Notes under the pieces: generated by a model | What the model saw: the letters and a program-made list of their open reading frames with translations, nothing else | Databases searched by the model: none | What the model was told of the DNA's origin: nothing | Part shown: positions 1 to 14,240 of the stretch, piece after piece | Layout of the letters: each line of letters opens with the position of its first letter | How positions within the stretch are numbered: position 1 is the first letter of the stretch | Position numbers and translations under genes: made by a program | From: Lama guanicoe | Lineage: Eukaryota | NCBI GenBank assembly: GCA_013239625.1 | Contig: MU056050.1 | Span: 2,032,084-2,096,083 of the forward strand | Direction of reading: 5' to 3' | DNA length: 64,000 nucleotides

Positions 1-164
1 TGACAGGAAATCACCTCAATATTGGAATTTGTCCCAATTTCTGGAAACCCAAAGAACAGGTGTTTCAAACAGCTGCAGGAGACTGCACCTTCATTTGTTC
101 TTCCTATGACTCCCTTGCAGATACTGCTAGGAGGAGTCCTGGGAACAGTAAGAGTTCACATAGT

Positions 165-360
165 GCCTCCTACATACCAGGCATCTTTCTAAATGATTTA
201 TATTTACTCTTTCAATCATCAAAAAAACCTCCTATGATTTAGGTCTATTTCACAGGTGAGGAAATTGAGGCGTAGAGAAGTAAGTCGCCCAAGGCGACAC
301 AACTAGTAAGTGACAGCTGGAGAGGAACACAGTCAGCCTGGCCCCCGAGCCTGAGCCTTC
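165..360 (-). mobile_element. MIR SINE remnant
   Basis: acaggtgaggaaattgaggc...gcccaaggcgacacaactagtaagtg is the reverse of the MIR core. Confidence 0.75.
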
Positions 361-1139
361 GCTTGTAAGCACAATATCATGCTATTCTGTGCTGGAAGAG
401 CCACAAATTCCAGTCTCCTTGGAAGTAAGCTATTGTTTTCTTTCAGATCCGTAGGAGGTTTTCTTTGCTCAAACTGCTGTGCAACTTAGAATTAGGCTTC
501 TACTTCAGTGGGGCTTGCTCCTTGCTAAATGCATGTGCTGTTTGCATGTGTCATTGTCGTTAAGACTGAGGTGAGTCAGGCAAATCAAGCCGAGGCAGCA
601 GGCACGCAGGAGGAAAGCCTGGCTTCTCGGGTGGGAGACTGGGATGCTAGGCATTAGATCAGTCCTCTCAGCGCTGTGCACTAGTCCACCCAACAGCCCT
701 CACAAGAAAAGGCCAAAAGCGGGTACAGCCCACAAAGCCCCCATCTGCACCAGTTGACCAGGTCAGGACTCTGCTGCGACACAGCTTGTGGTCACCCAGC
801 TTCCGGCTCAGCTCGCCCCTCTACCTCTAGGCAGAACCATCACACAAAACCAAGCACCATTGAAGTCCAGCTTTTCCTCTGTTGCTCAGAAGCCGATTTG
901 GCTGGAAAAGCAAACAATAATACCTGGTTCTCTCTAATTAAATACATGCATTCCAGGCCTAGGGATTTACGGGGGTATCAAGTCGTTCAAAAGAAAAAGC
1001 CCCTAGTGGGAAGGGATTGTGCAGAGACTGTGTAGAGAGTTGTTTCCCTTGCTAAGCCTCACCTTTGTAGTTGTATTTTTCTGGCCTTACCAGGGACAAG
1101 ATGAAAATATGAGCTTGGAAGAGGATATTACTAAACAGA

Positions 1140-1297
1140 AGGGTGTGTTAAAACTCTGGACTGGGAGCCAGGAGTCCTGGGTTCTAGCTCCAGCTCTGTC
1201 TCTAAGCAACCATGACCTCTCTGGGTCTCAGACCCTTTGTGAAATGAAACGGTTAGAGTGAATAGGCTATGAGGGCTTTTCCAACATTAAAGATTGT
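1140..1297 (+). mobile_element. MIR3-like SINE remnant
   Basis: ctggactgggagccaggagtcctgggttctagctccagctctg...ttttccaacattaaagatt. Confidence 0.65.
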
Positions 1298-2009
1298 CCA
1301 TTTAATTATCCCCCCTCCTTTTTAATGAAAGATGATTCTCCCTAGACACAGAAGGATACTCAGAGGGTGATTTGACCAAATGATGCAGAGATTTGAGCTA
1401 TTTTGGGGTGTTTCTGAGCAACCAACTCAGACCACTGGAGTCAGAAAGTAGATTCCTTTTGGGCCTGATCTCTTTCAGTTGATATTGCTGGATAATTGCT
1501 CACTCCACTGACTCATCAAATCATAGGCTCATTGAACCTCTAGGATGGAAAGGACCTTAAAGTTCAGCTTTTCCCATCTCCCTCCAGGGCTCCCCTTTGT
1601 CCAAACACAGCCAGTCTAAGCATAGGACCAGTGCCAGCTTTGTACATCAGCAGAAGAGATGCTGCTTACCTGACCGGATATCACAAGTGCTGGCATGGGC
1701 CCTCTGGCCTTCACCCCCAAGTAGTTCTTCCTCCTGCTCACTGATGCCAAAAGCCCCTTTAACCGAGGGCCTAGACTTTTATTCTACACTGAAAATATAT
1801 AAGATACAAATCCCTTTGGAAGAGCTGGCACTATCTAAATTCATATCATGATGCACGTAACTCACATAGCAGATCCTATCATGAAAGCAGATTTCAGTAG
1901 TAAAGAGAACCGAAAGACACAGAATTCTTGAAGAGAGTGAAACAGATTTCAGTGGCAGGGAAAAGTTATATAGAACAGGAATGGAGGGAGGGGCGGAGAA
2001 CCTCAAGTG

Positions 2010-2225
2010 GTAGCCTGGTGGAATGTGTAGCAACTTAGAGCCGGACTTGGGTTTACATCTCAACTCTGCCACTTACCTGCTGTATTACCACATGCAAGTC
2101 TCTTAACCTCCCCGAGTCTTAGTTTTCCAAACTGTAATATGGGAATAATAATATCTGCTACACATAGCTGTTGTTGAGAATTAAGTGAGATAACCGTGCA
2201 AAGGCATAATTGTGGCATATTTGAT
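2010..2225 (+). mobile_element. MIR SINE
   Basis: ctctgccacttacctgctgt...ttaacctccccgagtcttagttttc...gggaataataat...gttgttgagaattaagtgagataa. Confidence 0.8.
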
Positions 2226-3079
2226 TTCAATACACTTTTAGCACTAAATCCACAGTGTTGTCATAGACTGATGGCCTGGGATGCATATGTCCTTGATTAC
2301 GCCTCTGCAGCACTCACAGGTATGAATGTTGCTGATGCTCCGGTCTGCAGCCACCAGTACTACTATCAGCTGTCTTAACCATCCATGGAGATGACTGAAT
2401 ATCTGATTCAAGCACCAGCCAGAATAGCAATGGTTAAGCAACTGAAATGCCAACTTAGACCTTGATCAAGATTTACAACTGCAAAGAGACTAGTTCCGTG
2501 CTCAGAATTTGAGGGGAGCCATAGTTTTCAAGCCTACCCAACTTAGCCCTGTTAATAGGAATTCAAAGTGGTTTCCCTTATTAATTAGCTCCAACCAGGA
2601 GTAAATGTACTCAGTGGCTTTCTTGAAAAATGTCCCCGATGTATATTTTAACTTTACTGTGAAAGAAGAAAGTTAACAAATGAAATACTGTATGGTTTCA
2701 GCATGAGTTTTAGGTGTAGGGGCAGGTACCAGGAAGGTTGGGGGTTGGCCTCTGGTCATACTGCTGGATAATCTTGAAGTCTCTATAGCTTGACTACTGG
2801 CCTGTGCCCTTCCTTCGACATGATTAGCTTGAATGCTGTCCTGTTTGGGGTTGAGTCTTACTGTATTTTTTAATTTGGGAGATGGTGCTGGTTTGGAGGG
2901 GCTGATTATAATTTATTATTTTCTATCATAGAAATACGATACATTTGGGGCTCAGGACTCCTTTTTTCCCTTTTATAGAGAGTTCAAAACTCTCTCTCAA
3001 AAACAATCACTCTTGCAAGCTGCTGTGTGTTTGACCCTTTTCCTCCTTTTGTTTCCTCCCTTCTAATCTGAATTGCCTC

Positions 3080-3435
3080 CATTTTCTATCCCACAATCAT
3101 CTGCTTCTATTCTCACTCATCTACCAACATTTCCCTTTTGAGTTCACCAGTGAGGTCCTTCCTGCCAAATCCAAGGGCAGTGTTTCAGTTGTTCATCCTC
3201 AGTCTCTTTGCGATGATGCACTGAAGTTCTTTCTTTACTTCCTGCTGACACTGCGCTTTCTGGATTCTCCTCTGATTTTCTACCTATTCCCTTTGCAGCA
3301 TTAGGAAAGTCACTTCTCCCTTCTGGGCTTGAGTTTCTTCATGGCCTTTGATGTGTCTGTCCATGATTACATCTTTACATAGGGGTTTAAACAGGATAAT
3401 ATCTAAAGTGCCTTCCATATCTAACATTCTATGGC
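3080..3435 (+). mobile_element. L2 fragment followed by MIR3 fragment
   Basis: gccaaatccaagggcagtgtttcagttgttcatcctc is L2-like; atctaaagtgccttccatatctaacattctatg matches the MIR3 3' end. Confidence 0.5.
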
Positions 3436-5529
3436 TCTGAGAATCAGTGAGATATACCTGAGATCCTTTGGCTTCAACCCATTGTAATGTTTTTAATATT
3501 GAAGGTTTTGTAGCTAACTTCTGCCTACTTTAGTGTTCCAGTAATTGATATGAGTGTACAGACTTCATAAAACTGGGTCTCTGCTGACTTACACACATTT
3601 AGTCTTTGTTTGCTTTCCATCTTTATCAAAGAATATGTTTGAAGTGCCTGGATATTACACTGTATCTTTATTGAAAATAGATACAAGGTACATTCCAGAA
3701 CAATATCCTATTGCTTATGCTTAATATTAATCTTTGAAAAATGTCTGCACGTCAGAAATCATTCACCTTGTTGCATTTAATTTGGATATTTAGAAAATGA
3801 AACAATAATTCTTTAAGCCAAGTGAAGGCATTATGACCAACTGTAAGTGCCAGAGTTCACCAACGTCATCAACAAAGAGTCACAAATAATATATGACAGC
3901 TTAATACTGAATTTATGTGTTACACAAAGATAGACTGTAGGGGTGTGATGAACTTTGTGAGTCTCCACGTAACATCACTTGAAGACATTCAAGAGGATAT
4001 AATATTGCAGTACAATTTCTACTGATACTTTTTCCTTCACACACACTTTAGATGCTCTACATGACACCTTCAAGAGAGTTGCCTGAGACCCCAGAGCAAG
4101 AGATTGGCAATCCATGCCTTAAAAGCAATCTCCACAAATCCTCTGAATAAGAAGTTTCCCTTATCCCAATTAAAAGGCAGTAATGTATTGCCTGAATCCA
4201 AGGGGAACACAGTAAATACGCATCGGTGATGAGAAGGTCCTCCCCACAACCAAAAAAAAGCAAACTTTGAGTGTACAAAGTAGAAAATGCCTGTCCCTGC
4301 TAAGGGAGCCGGTCAAGAGTAGGGATAAGGGTCCTCCAGCGGCTCCCAGTGCAAGCCACATTAATAAAGGCAGCTGAGGTTGTGGTTTGTTTATCACCAA
4401 AGAGTACATGAATCTGAAAGACCTTGCCCACAAGGGAGTTCTTTTGATCCCTGAAACGTAAACCGGTCAGTGCCTCAACAAGGCAAGATATACCATTGCC
4501 TCTCCTTTCACAGGAGAAATTCAGTGACATGCCCAAAGTCTAAGAGTCAGTGGGTGAGTGAATAGGTCCCCAAATTTCTGTCCAAAATTCAAAAACTGTC
4601 AGTTTACACACAATTTGACCACACTGGCTGCCACTTTTCCTCCTGGTCTCTTGCTCTTCTTCCCCTCCCTCCCTCTCCTCTCATTCACACACAGACACAA
4701 CATACCACCTCAGTGCTTCTCAAAAATCTGCTTAATGGGCTTATGTTTATGGTGTCATAGAGTTTTGTAATCGAGCTTTGTCAGGGACTAGAATATTACA
4801 ATTAATAGACTTGGGTATTCCAGTTACTAAAGAACTACTAAATGCACCATGTAAGGTTTACCAATTTTGAAGAGTTAGAAGAAAAAAAGTTTACTCATGA
4901 CTACAAATATCCTGCACAGAAAGTTATCTTTCATTGATGATTCAGCACTGCCCTATCAGGACTTCATATTGTTAAGTGGAAGGGACGGTCTTTGGAATAA
5001 CAGGACCACGCCAGTCTGTTCTAGGTAAAACAACCTAGATTATTTTGAAAGTGAGTAAACATTGCCAGAATTGTTATCTAAAGCACAAAATAATCCTACC
5101 TTGATATTACAAACCATCCTGTCTTTATTTTCAAATAAATTCCACTGTTCTGCTCTTAAAAGGAATAATGTGGTATCTCATTTTGCAACTTCAAATTTTT
5201 ACTTCTCTAGCAACAATCTTCATCTTTTAGGCCTTTAAGATATTACCCTTAGAGGTCATTTGTATTGTGTTGCATTGTCATAACTTCAGGCTTAAAAAGG
5301 TTTGACAAAATGCCAATTTATCAAGAGCTCCAGGTGGTTTGGTGCCAGTGACAAAGAGTTTGCTGTTATGTGCCAAAAGTTATATTTAGGTTTCTGGCAC
5401 AAATTAATAATTACTTATAGCATTTTATAAAAATAAGAGCTCATCCCCACAGTCTTCCATCTGAAGCATCAACATCATTTGTTCTATTAGTTTGGGGAGT
5501 TTTTGCAGCGTCAAGGAGAGAGTGATGGA

Positions 5530-6020
5530 GTAATAATACTAGTAATAATAGGTACTAACATTAACTTCTTACTCTGTGCCAGGCATTTGCTAAATGCTTT
5601 TACATGCATTATGTTATTTAAATCCATACAACAAACCTATGATACAGTTACTTTTGTTAGCTCCATTTTACAAATAAGGCAACTGAAGTCAAGAGAAGTA
5701 GGGGTGTCTACAGGCTGTTTTTGCTCAAATGATGTGGGTGCAGAAACACATTTAGAATTGCATTGGTTGTTTCCTATGAAGGAGCGTTAATATTTAATAT
5801 CTACCAGGTGCCAGGAACTGGGCAAGTGCTTTCCATAAGTTGCCTCATTTAATACTGCCATCAACCTTATGAGGCTGTTATTTTAAAAAACATTTTACAG
5901 ACAAAGGGAAGAGAAGTTCAAAGAAGTTAAGAAATTTCCCAGCATCTTGCTACTAGCAAGGGCCGCACTTGGATGTTCATTGAGATAGGTTCAATCCTGA
6001 AGGTCGTGCGCTTTCCACTA
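5530..6020 (-). mobile_element. Two adjacent MIR SINEs
   Basis: ctgtgccaggcatttgctaaatgctttt...ccattttacaaataaggcaactgaag (5530-5700), and ggtgccaggaactgggcaagtgct...cattttacagacaaagg (5790-6020). Confidence 0.75.
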
Positions 6021-6466
6021 TGAAGTGAAAATCAAACCAGCGAAAGAGAGAAAATACCTTTCATTTAGTAATGAATTCCATGGTCTATTTCCTTGAAACT
6101 AAAACCTTAGTCATGAAAGCCAATCCCAAACTCAATGCCCACAGTAACTCCATTTCTCCTGTACACGGCGCTTTTTAATCCTATGGAACACAGGGTAACA
6201 GGATCCCCATCACTTTTAGCTTTCAGAGCAGTGAGTGGGAACAGGTTGAGGCCATTTTCCAGAATTACTTCAGGCTAAATAAAGAAAAAAATAAGCACCA
6301 AAAGTAAAATAATCTAAATTTATTCATATGCAATAGGACAGCTTCCTCTCAGATGATGAATTAACTCTTCCGTGCCATCAGAGCTACCCCTCCGTAACAA
6401 GAAGCCAGTCCCTCTGCCCTCAGTGTCCTGAAAGCTTTAACAGCCTCTCCAAACAGAAACACTCCA

Positions 6467-6610
6467 TCAGTATTTCTTAAAGGAATCTCTTAGAGCGATT
6501 GTTAAAAATGCAGAGACCCAAGCCCAACCACTGAGAGCAGGACCTAGGAATGTGCCTTTTAGCAAATGCCCCAGATCCCTTGTTTATCCAGCAAAGTTTG
6601 AGAATCGCTG
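6467..6610. mobile_element. MER5-family hAT-Charlie MITE
   Basis: cagtatttctt...ttgttaaaaatgcaga...caaagtttgagaatcgctg, with MER5-like termini and body. Confidence 0.7.
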
Positions 6611-7139
6611 TGCCAAGTAATAAAACTCTCCTGTCTCAGGCCTTACTAGTTCCAAATTTAGGCTGCTCAGACACAGATGAGCTGAATTTATTTTCACCCT
6701 CTACAAAGAGGGAAAGATCCCTTTGAGTTAAACTCATATTAACCAGCTAACTTAACATAAGCTGTTAAAGTACTTTAGAAGCGCTTATTGGCAAACAGAG
6801 GGTTAAGATTAGTCCAGATCCTTCCATCTATTCATTGTAACAGGACAGAGAATCTGAAACATTGTCCATGCAAATTACCTTAGTGGCCCTTCTTTAGCCT
6901 CTGAAGGTCCTCATGTAAAGTTCATTGTTCACTTAGGAACATTCCATAACTCAGACCCTCATTAAGACCGATCTTCAGTTTAGCCCCAAATAATGAAATT
7001 GAACTATATTCTCTTCTCACAACTGAGATCAGGTCTAAAGCAAGAATAGAAGCCTCTTGTAATACTAACTAACAGTTAGTTGAGTGCATATTGTGGGCCA
7101 GGCACTATTACAGATATGAAATAGTACTGGATGAAAAGA

Positions 7140-7510
7140 TTCCGTCATGAGGTCGCTTTGCCTGCTGTAACCTCTTGAGAATTCACAATGCATGTGAAAC
7201 TTAAGAGCTCCAAGAAGGCCTTTAGGAAAGAAATCAGTCTTTTTTTCTTAACTCAGAGTTACTGAAACCTGTTTGGCCACATGCCCCTTTTATGAGGATA
7301 TCACTTGGTGTTCGCCTTATGAGGATGTGCTACTATGCACCGGTGTCTCTCCAAGCACCGCCAAGGATGTCAAGATGCAAAATCGCAGGCCCTACCTCAG
7401 ACCTGTAGAATCCATCTCTGTTGGGGGTGGGGGCAGTGGTAATAAGAAATCTGCATTACAATACTCTGGACTATACCAGAAGAATCCGTGGTTGCTCCAA
7501 AGGTGACAAC
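7140..7510. mobile_element. Degraded hAT-Charlie/MER5-like fragments
   Basis: cacaatgcatgtgaaacttaagagctccaagaaggcc... and ggccctacctcagacctgtagaatcc...aatctgcatt. Confidence 0.45.
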
Positions 7511-7769
7511 TGAGGGAAATCTTCATAGCTACACTGGAAAGGCTGACTGAAAGTTAAATTCTGAAAACAAACTCTGAGGTGACCACATTTTGATGCTTGA
7601 TATTTCATCACCTGACCAGTCCAAAACATTGGGCTCTTTACAGGGAGAGATCCTTGGCCTGAAGTAACAGAAGCCTGGAAACCGTGCTCAGAACAAGCCC
7701 AACTAAATGTCCCCCCCAACTCTGCTGCCACTTCAGGGTCTGCTAGGAGAACACCTGCTAAGCTGTCAG

Positions 7770-7920
7770 GTTTTAGGGAAGTTATTTTACCTCTCTGACT
7801 CTCAGTTTCCTCATCTGGGAAGTGAGAGTGATTGTCCCCACCTCAGAGAGCCACTGTGAGAACTAAACCAGGCAGGATGAGTAAAATTTCTGTTACAAAC
7901 TGAAAGCTTAAAAAATGTTA
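7770..7920 (+). mobile_element. MIR SINE remnant
   Basis: acctctctgactctcagtttcctcatctg core. Confidence 0.7.
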
Positions 7921-8825
7921 GTTCCTTTCTCCCCTCCCTTCTGTCCCCTCTTCCTCTGGTGGCAGCTTAATTAGTGTAGTGGGGGCAGGAAATTTGACTG
8001 TTGGTTTTGGAGTAGCTCCTTTCTTCCATGGGTAGTTTTCTTTCATGAGCCCTTATGCCAGTGATACAAGGTCAAGAGCAAGGTACTGAAGTACCCACTC
8101 AATTCAGCTCACTAGGAGTCAACACGCACTGGGTACTCAGAGATGAGACAAGTCCTGCCCTCAAGTTGCTCGTGGCACAGTGGTGAAAATAGCTCGTGTG
8201 CCTGCTGGGGCAGAAAATGGGAACTCTTTTACTGGGGGCTAGAGAGAGGAGTGCGGCTGGTCACAGAGGCAAGCCAAACTAATGTGAACCGCATTATGGC
8301 TGAGTTAAATCCAAGAGTCCAAGGACACCCAATGTCATCTTTATCTACCCAGAAAACCCAAGCGCCGCCCTAAACCAGGGCTGCAGTTCCAGGGCTCGGT
8401 TCCAGCAGCCAGCACAAACCCAGTCACAGGCTGCTTGGTGCTCTGTGCCTGCCGCTGCACTACATATAGGACAAAGCCAGTAATGCAGAGGTGACCCTTG
8501 CCCTCTCGGAAGGAAAACGGTGATGAAGACAAACCTCTAGAGCCCGTGAAAATAATCGAAAAGTTAGCACCGAGCAAACAGATAAATACCACATTCGCTC
8601 ACATCATTCTCTTCTCAGATTCTTGTTCATTTTTCTCTAAGATAGAAGAGCTTAGATGAGACCAAAGTAAGTGCGCCTCAGGTCCCCAGCCAGCCCTACC
8701 TCTGCAATCCGTCAAGAGAGTTGGAAATTCTTGGGTTATTTTTTTAAACATTGATTCCACCGAAACTGCATGACAAGCAGTGGTCAGACTCACTGGAATA
8801 TGGCTTCCTCCTTTTAGCAATTCTC

Positions 8826-8860
8826 TGTGGTGTGTGTGTGTGTGTGTGTCTGTCTGTCTG
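8826..8860. repeat. (TG)n/(TCTG)n microsatellite
   Basis: tgtggtgtgtgtgtgtgtgtgtgtctgtctgtctg. Confidence 0.9.
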
Positions 8861-11800
8861 AGGAGGAGGGAGGGAGGAGAGAGAGGTGAAAGTATTTCCT
8901 TTCCTATCAAGGCTCCTATCTGGTCCTTAAGCTTCTTTGGTCAGTGGGACCAACTGCAGACAGCTGCTGCAGTGCCCCTCTCTGCTTGCATCTCTTTGAG
9001 ATCTAGCGGGGCTTTCAGGATTAACAAGGTTGGCACCTCAGAGATGGGGGATGGGGGGGCCATGCGTGGAGAGGCAGGACTCGAGGACGAAGGGCAGACT
9101 TGGCCAGCCATCTCTTGCACCTTCCGTTTAACCCTATGCCAAGCCCCTCCCCCGACACGGAGGCTCCGCATACCGTAATTAAAGAAGGCTCTATGAATAG
9201 CACAGGTGTTGCTTCTAAACAGGAAAATGAGTGATGGGGGAAGGGATTATGTTGAGCCAATATTTTTCCCTTGATTTTCTTCCGGAAATATGTGTAAGAA
9301 GAGACTACGTTGAAGAGCCATATCTGAATAAATACTTAGACTAAACTACGTCAGCCGTCCCAAAGGAGAGCGGAAGTCATGTTCAAGTCTCAGCTGGTCT
9401 GGCCTCAGCTGCTCAGCCTAGAATCCCCTGGACAGCTGCGCTTCATTCCGAACATCTTGCTCCTCAGAGAGCCTTTCGGCCCTGACTGACACTGCTAAAG
9501 GGCGAAAGGTGCTGACAGGGACCTTGGACATTTCTGCAATACCTTTAACCCCCAGCAGAACAGATAGTGTTCAGATCTTGCAAAGCCAACAAAGCCGCAG
9601 CCTAGGTCCACTGCAAACTCCCCCTCATCAGAGACCTCCCTGAGCTAGCAAAGTCAAGGCTGTAAGCTCAGGGCCCTCAGAAGGTCGCTAGAGAGGACAG
9701 TGAGTCTGCAGGATGAGTCAGGAGAATTAAGAAAGCCCAGCCAGTCCCCGGAGTCAGGCCTCCCGTAAGGCAGCCAAAGAAAAAGCTTTGTAAGAACCTG
9801 GAACACCCTGATAATGGGGAGAGGGTGGAGTAAAAAAGCAACAGAAAGACAAAACTCCCTGTCTTCAGCATCCGCAAAAGAAGGGAGCAGGCCAGATTTA
9901 TCCCTGATGTGTCCTTATCCCACTTTCAGTGTCCTCTCCCTTCCCGAAGCACCTGAGCCCCCGCGCTGATGCCAGCTGACCAGGCGTTTCCCACCACCCT
10001 CAGGCCTCCCCATCATCCCACTGTTTGTCAGAGCAGTGTCTTGTTCCCTCAGCACTGCTCTGACTTGCTTCATGATAACTGATCTGGACCAATGCACCAA
10101 TGGCTATTTGTGAGTTAGTGTGGCCCCCCGAGGGTCACTTATTGGCAATTAAACAGCTGTCTCTTAGCAACAGAATACCTTCACTCCAAAGGATATATGT
10201 AGTGAAAGGATTTCCAATGAAGGGGGACCTCAGACGGAGAGACCCTGGAGGGCCGCACACACAATTCCATGTGAAGGAATACTGACCTACCTCCTTATTT
10301 AAACATAAGCCAGCCCAACAGATGATAGCCACCTGCTCAAAATCCTAAACCAAATTAGGGCCCAGAACACCAACAGACCTCCCTCTGTGGGCCCCAGGAT
10401 ACAAGAACTTCATCTAAACTATTTTCAACAGATTGCAAACTGCTAATTTGTGATATCATTGCTTGGGGGGGAAAAGCAAACACAGGAGTTAAGAGAACGG
10501 GCCCTAGTATCAAACTGTGAGGAAGGAAAAATTTAAAGCAACAAAAAAATCACCCACTTAGAAGTGTTTGAAATCTTACATTGCACCAAGCTTCTAAATG
10601 AGAGAGTGTGGAATCTGGAAAGTCTGCCTGCAGCATCAACTTGCGTGCCTGGCACCCTGGAGTGAGGGGCAGGGGCTTTGCTGGAAGGAAGCGGGCCATG
10701 GTTGGCAGTAGAGGCCTTTGTAAGATGATTAAGCATGAGATAAACACCTGGCATTTAGGTTATCCAGCTTATCAAATGCTATAGACTATTGAGAACACCA
10801 TTTGACTTGTGATGCTGGGTCTGACTTCCTAGCATACTGTGCTGAGTTACCGCTGAGTTTTCAGAATAAAAGCATCTCGGAAAGAATTCTGAGTTCCCGA
10901 GTATCTAAGAAAGCATCTAGTGATGCTGATTCCAAGTGAGCATTACTGTCTAATAATGAAACTTCTTTGACCGAAGAATGCCGTGAGCTCAGATCACATG
11001 TTGTAAGTGCACTTACCTGAGCAGTCCCAGCAAATGGACCAAGCTTGCGTTTGGCTTCCTGTTCCCCACTTTCCCACAGCTCACTTTGCCCCTACCGCTG
11101 GGAACCACTTCTTCCTGGTTGCTTCGCCCCGCCCCACCATGATGATACCCAGTCCAGCCTTCTCATGATGCCCCCACAGTCTCTAGTAGATTCTCTCCCT
11201 CCTGCCTCCCATCCCAAGGTTCTATCCCAGTCCCTCCTCTGAGGGCCTAGTTGCCTACTTTCAAAAGAGACATCTGGAGGCTAATGAGCTATTATGCGTT
11301 AAAATGGTCATAGCTGATAATGAGTTAAATTTTTGCCCCTTCTGATTACAAGAAGCTGATTGACAAGGGATGAATTTCTAATGACAGCATTTCAGGCTCA
11401 TCACAGGCTGGTGGAGATGATACTTGGAGACAGGGTACCAACTGGCACACCTCCCTGGTGGAAATGGCCGCCTTCTTTGCCCTAAACATAGGAGAGAGGA
11501 GGGTGCCTTGGCTAGTTTAGGGGACGAAAGTAATCAGCTTAATTCACAAATAACCTATTAATGATGCCAAGAATCCATTCACAGGAAGGTGTCCATCCCT
11601 AATAGGCTGTATATTTTACCCGTGATTTTTGCTTTGTCTTTTGTACTTCTGCCTTAAAACAAGAGTCTACCTGAGACAAAGTGAAGATGCTAGATTGGTT
11701 TTGCATTTTTTCCTAGATCATCTAAAAGGTTGTCCTCTTTACTAATGTTTTAAAACATTGCCCAGCTTCTTTTAAGGCTCTAGAGGTAGATCTAATTTTA

Positions 11801-13104
11801 CCCAATAACTGCGCTACTGTAAAGAGGTGTATATAGGAATGGCAATGCCAGAGGCACACCTCATTAAATCAGTCTGTAACGTAAAGAATTCCAAATGACT
11901 CGATCCATTCATTTAATAAAAAAAGCACGACACTTATCTTTGGTCTGACTGACCAGCATGGCGCACCTGTTGTTAAAGTAGTACATAACCCCTTACCAGT
12001 CGGTAAATAGCCACTACCCCTTACCTTGACCGCTTCAGACCCTACTCCGAGATCCCCAGACTTCCACAAGCTCCAGCAACTGACAGGTAATGCCTGGCAC
12101 AGCAGAGGGCCTCCAGGTCCTCGCTCCAGGTCTAGAGCTGATTTGCTCCCTGTGCCTCGCTATGTGTATAGCATCCGCAATATCGAAACTACGTGTACCA
12201 GGTAGTGGGGTTGACCCTGAAGGTAGATGACGATCACTTTGCTTAAAGCTCTAGTAGTGACACTGAGGTTTGTCTCAGTCTCCTCCGCCACACGCATTCC
12301 CATGGAGCAGAATGTCCACGACCTTCAAAAGACGGACAATTTGAGCCGTTTCCAAAATAGCACTTGGCAGGCAGCCTAGACTCGGACGGGGACAGCAGAC
12401 ACAGACTGTGGGCATGACGGGCCAGCCCCCTGTCACATCACCTCAGGGGATCCTCAGCCCCATGGGACTCACTAGAAAATCCTTTACATTTGAAAAGCAG
12501 AAATTATCTAGTCCACCTGAGCGCACTGGGAGCAGGTCTATATTCTTAGCCTCATACTTCAAGTGCTGAGTTTAGAACAAAAGCCTTCATTCAAGGTCAT
12601 AGGATGAGTCAGCTACCAAGTGGGGAGGGAAAAGAAAGGGAGAACAAACAACCCACCACAGGGTTAACTTGAGCTGCCGCAACCTATGGGAAAGGCTGGC
12701 CAAAACTTTCATACTCATTATTTATTGATAGTGTGAGGAATTGCCTTGGAAGGATACTAATGCATGGAGGTGAGGAAGAAGGATGATAGTGGTAGGTTTC
12801 TCTTTAATCAGCTGTCCTGGAGACCTACACTTGTGGTCGCCTTGTGATCGAGGTAACTATACACTGAGCTTCTGCTTGCTGTCTGTGTGTGTCATTCAAG
12901 AAGGATCTCATTCATTCCGCCTCAGAGAAAAGCTCACTCTTTCTCCCAATGTACCGTGGCTACTGTTAACCTTACACTAATACAAATGATCGGCTTCCAA
13001 TTAATTCTGATTGTTGCGCACTAACTAACGAGATGAGTGTCGTACGTCATTACAACTGCAGGAAGCTAACTTGTGCTAAATGAAAGTAGGAAGAGCCCCA
13101 TGTC

Positions 13105-13300
13105 TGAATTTGTAAGGTCTGAGTTCTAGTGTTGACTCTGCTAACTCCCTTGGTAACCTTAACGGAGGCATAGTCTGGTTTTATTTCCTCATTTATAAAA
13201 TAGGAATGATGCTACTACCGGCCTCATGGGTCGGCATAGGAAGAAAATATTATAGGTAAGAAAACTATTTGAACATTCCAGTGCCCTCCAAACGTGTAAG
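13105..13300 (+). mobile_element. MIR SINE remnant
   Basis: ctgagttctagtgttgactctgctaact...tttcctcatttataaaataggaatgatg. Confidence 0.6.
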
Positions 13301-14109
13301 GAAATATGACTGTCTTCAGAAATGCTCAAGGGGTACCTGGAAACCAGCACTAATCAAACAGCTACTCTGTGCCTAGCACTTTCGCATCCCTTTCATTTAT
13401 CCTGACAATAGTCCTGGGAAGTGGATATTAGTTGTCGCATGTAAAATGATAAGGGATAAAAATGACACTAAAATATAGCAGGATGTTCTAATTCTAATTT
13501 TTTTATAGAAACAAGTGGATTTGATCTTAAAAACAACTTGTACACATGCACCAAAATAGAATCCAAAGTACAAATGGCAGTGATACAATAGGTCAGTTTA
13601 GTATCAACTTGCATCTTGAAGATGAAATTGGAAGTAAACGTGTGATATTTTCCATAATTTATATCACGGAAGTGTAATATGGTTTGCAGAAACTGGGAAC
13701 ACATTTTGGGTAAGGATTCTCACCCTGGAAGGAATGCAGAGTTGCTCAAAAGTTAGACCGATAAATCTAAACAACTCCCCATGTTAAAATGACATAAAAT
13801 ACAGAAATAGAAATACAAACTTCTAGTGGAAAGTAGCACTAGTGTGCAGCCTCCCAGGGCAGCATACAGACCACCTTGAGGGAGGTACTGTGGAAACCCA
13901 TGTGGAGATCAAGGTTGGGGTGAGGGGACAGAGAAAGAAGAGTTGATTTATATAAATGTAAAAATACAAACACACGCGCGCGAGAATGTCCAGGGCACTG
14001 CAGACCTGTCGTCTCTCCCCTGACCAGTGACAGGCGACTGCTGTTAGCTGAACCTCGTTCCTTACAGCAAGCAAAGGAGGGATGAGACCCCAGAGAGTAG
14101 GGATCAGGA

Positions 14110-14240
14110 AGGTGAGGATTGTCAACATTTTTATCCTCATCTTAGACAATGAGAATGGGGCTCAGAGAATTGTTTTCCCAGGCATGCAGCTAATAATTGA
14201 GGAAACTGGAATTCAAACCAAAGTGTCTATAACCTTCCCG
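14110..14240 (-). mobile_element. MIR SINE remnant
   Basis: ttatcctcatcttagacaatgagaatggggctcagaga...ggaattcaaacc. Confidence 0.6.

Noticed and set aside
7287..7326. Direct repeat ttatgaggat x2
   Set aside because: Only two 10-nt copies within a decayed DNA transposon; not an array.
8520..8640. Possible C/D box snoRNA (GTGATGA at ~8520)
   Set aside because: No CTGA D box at a suitable distance and no terminal stem.
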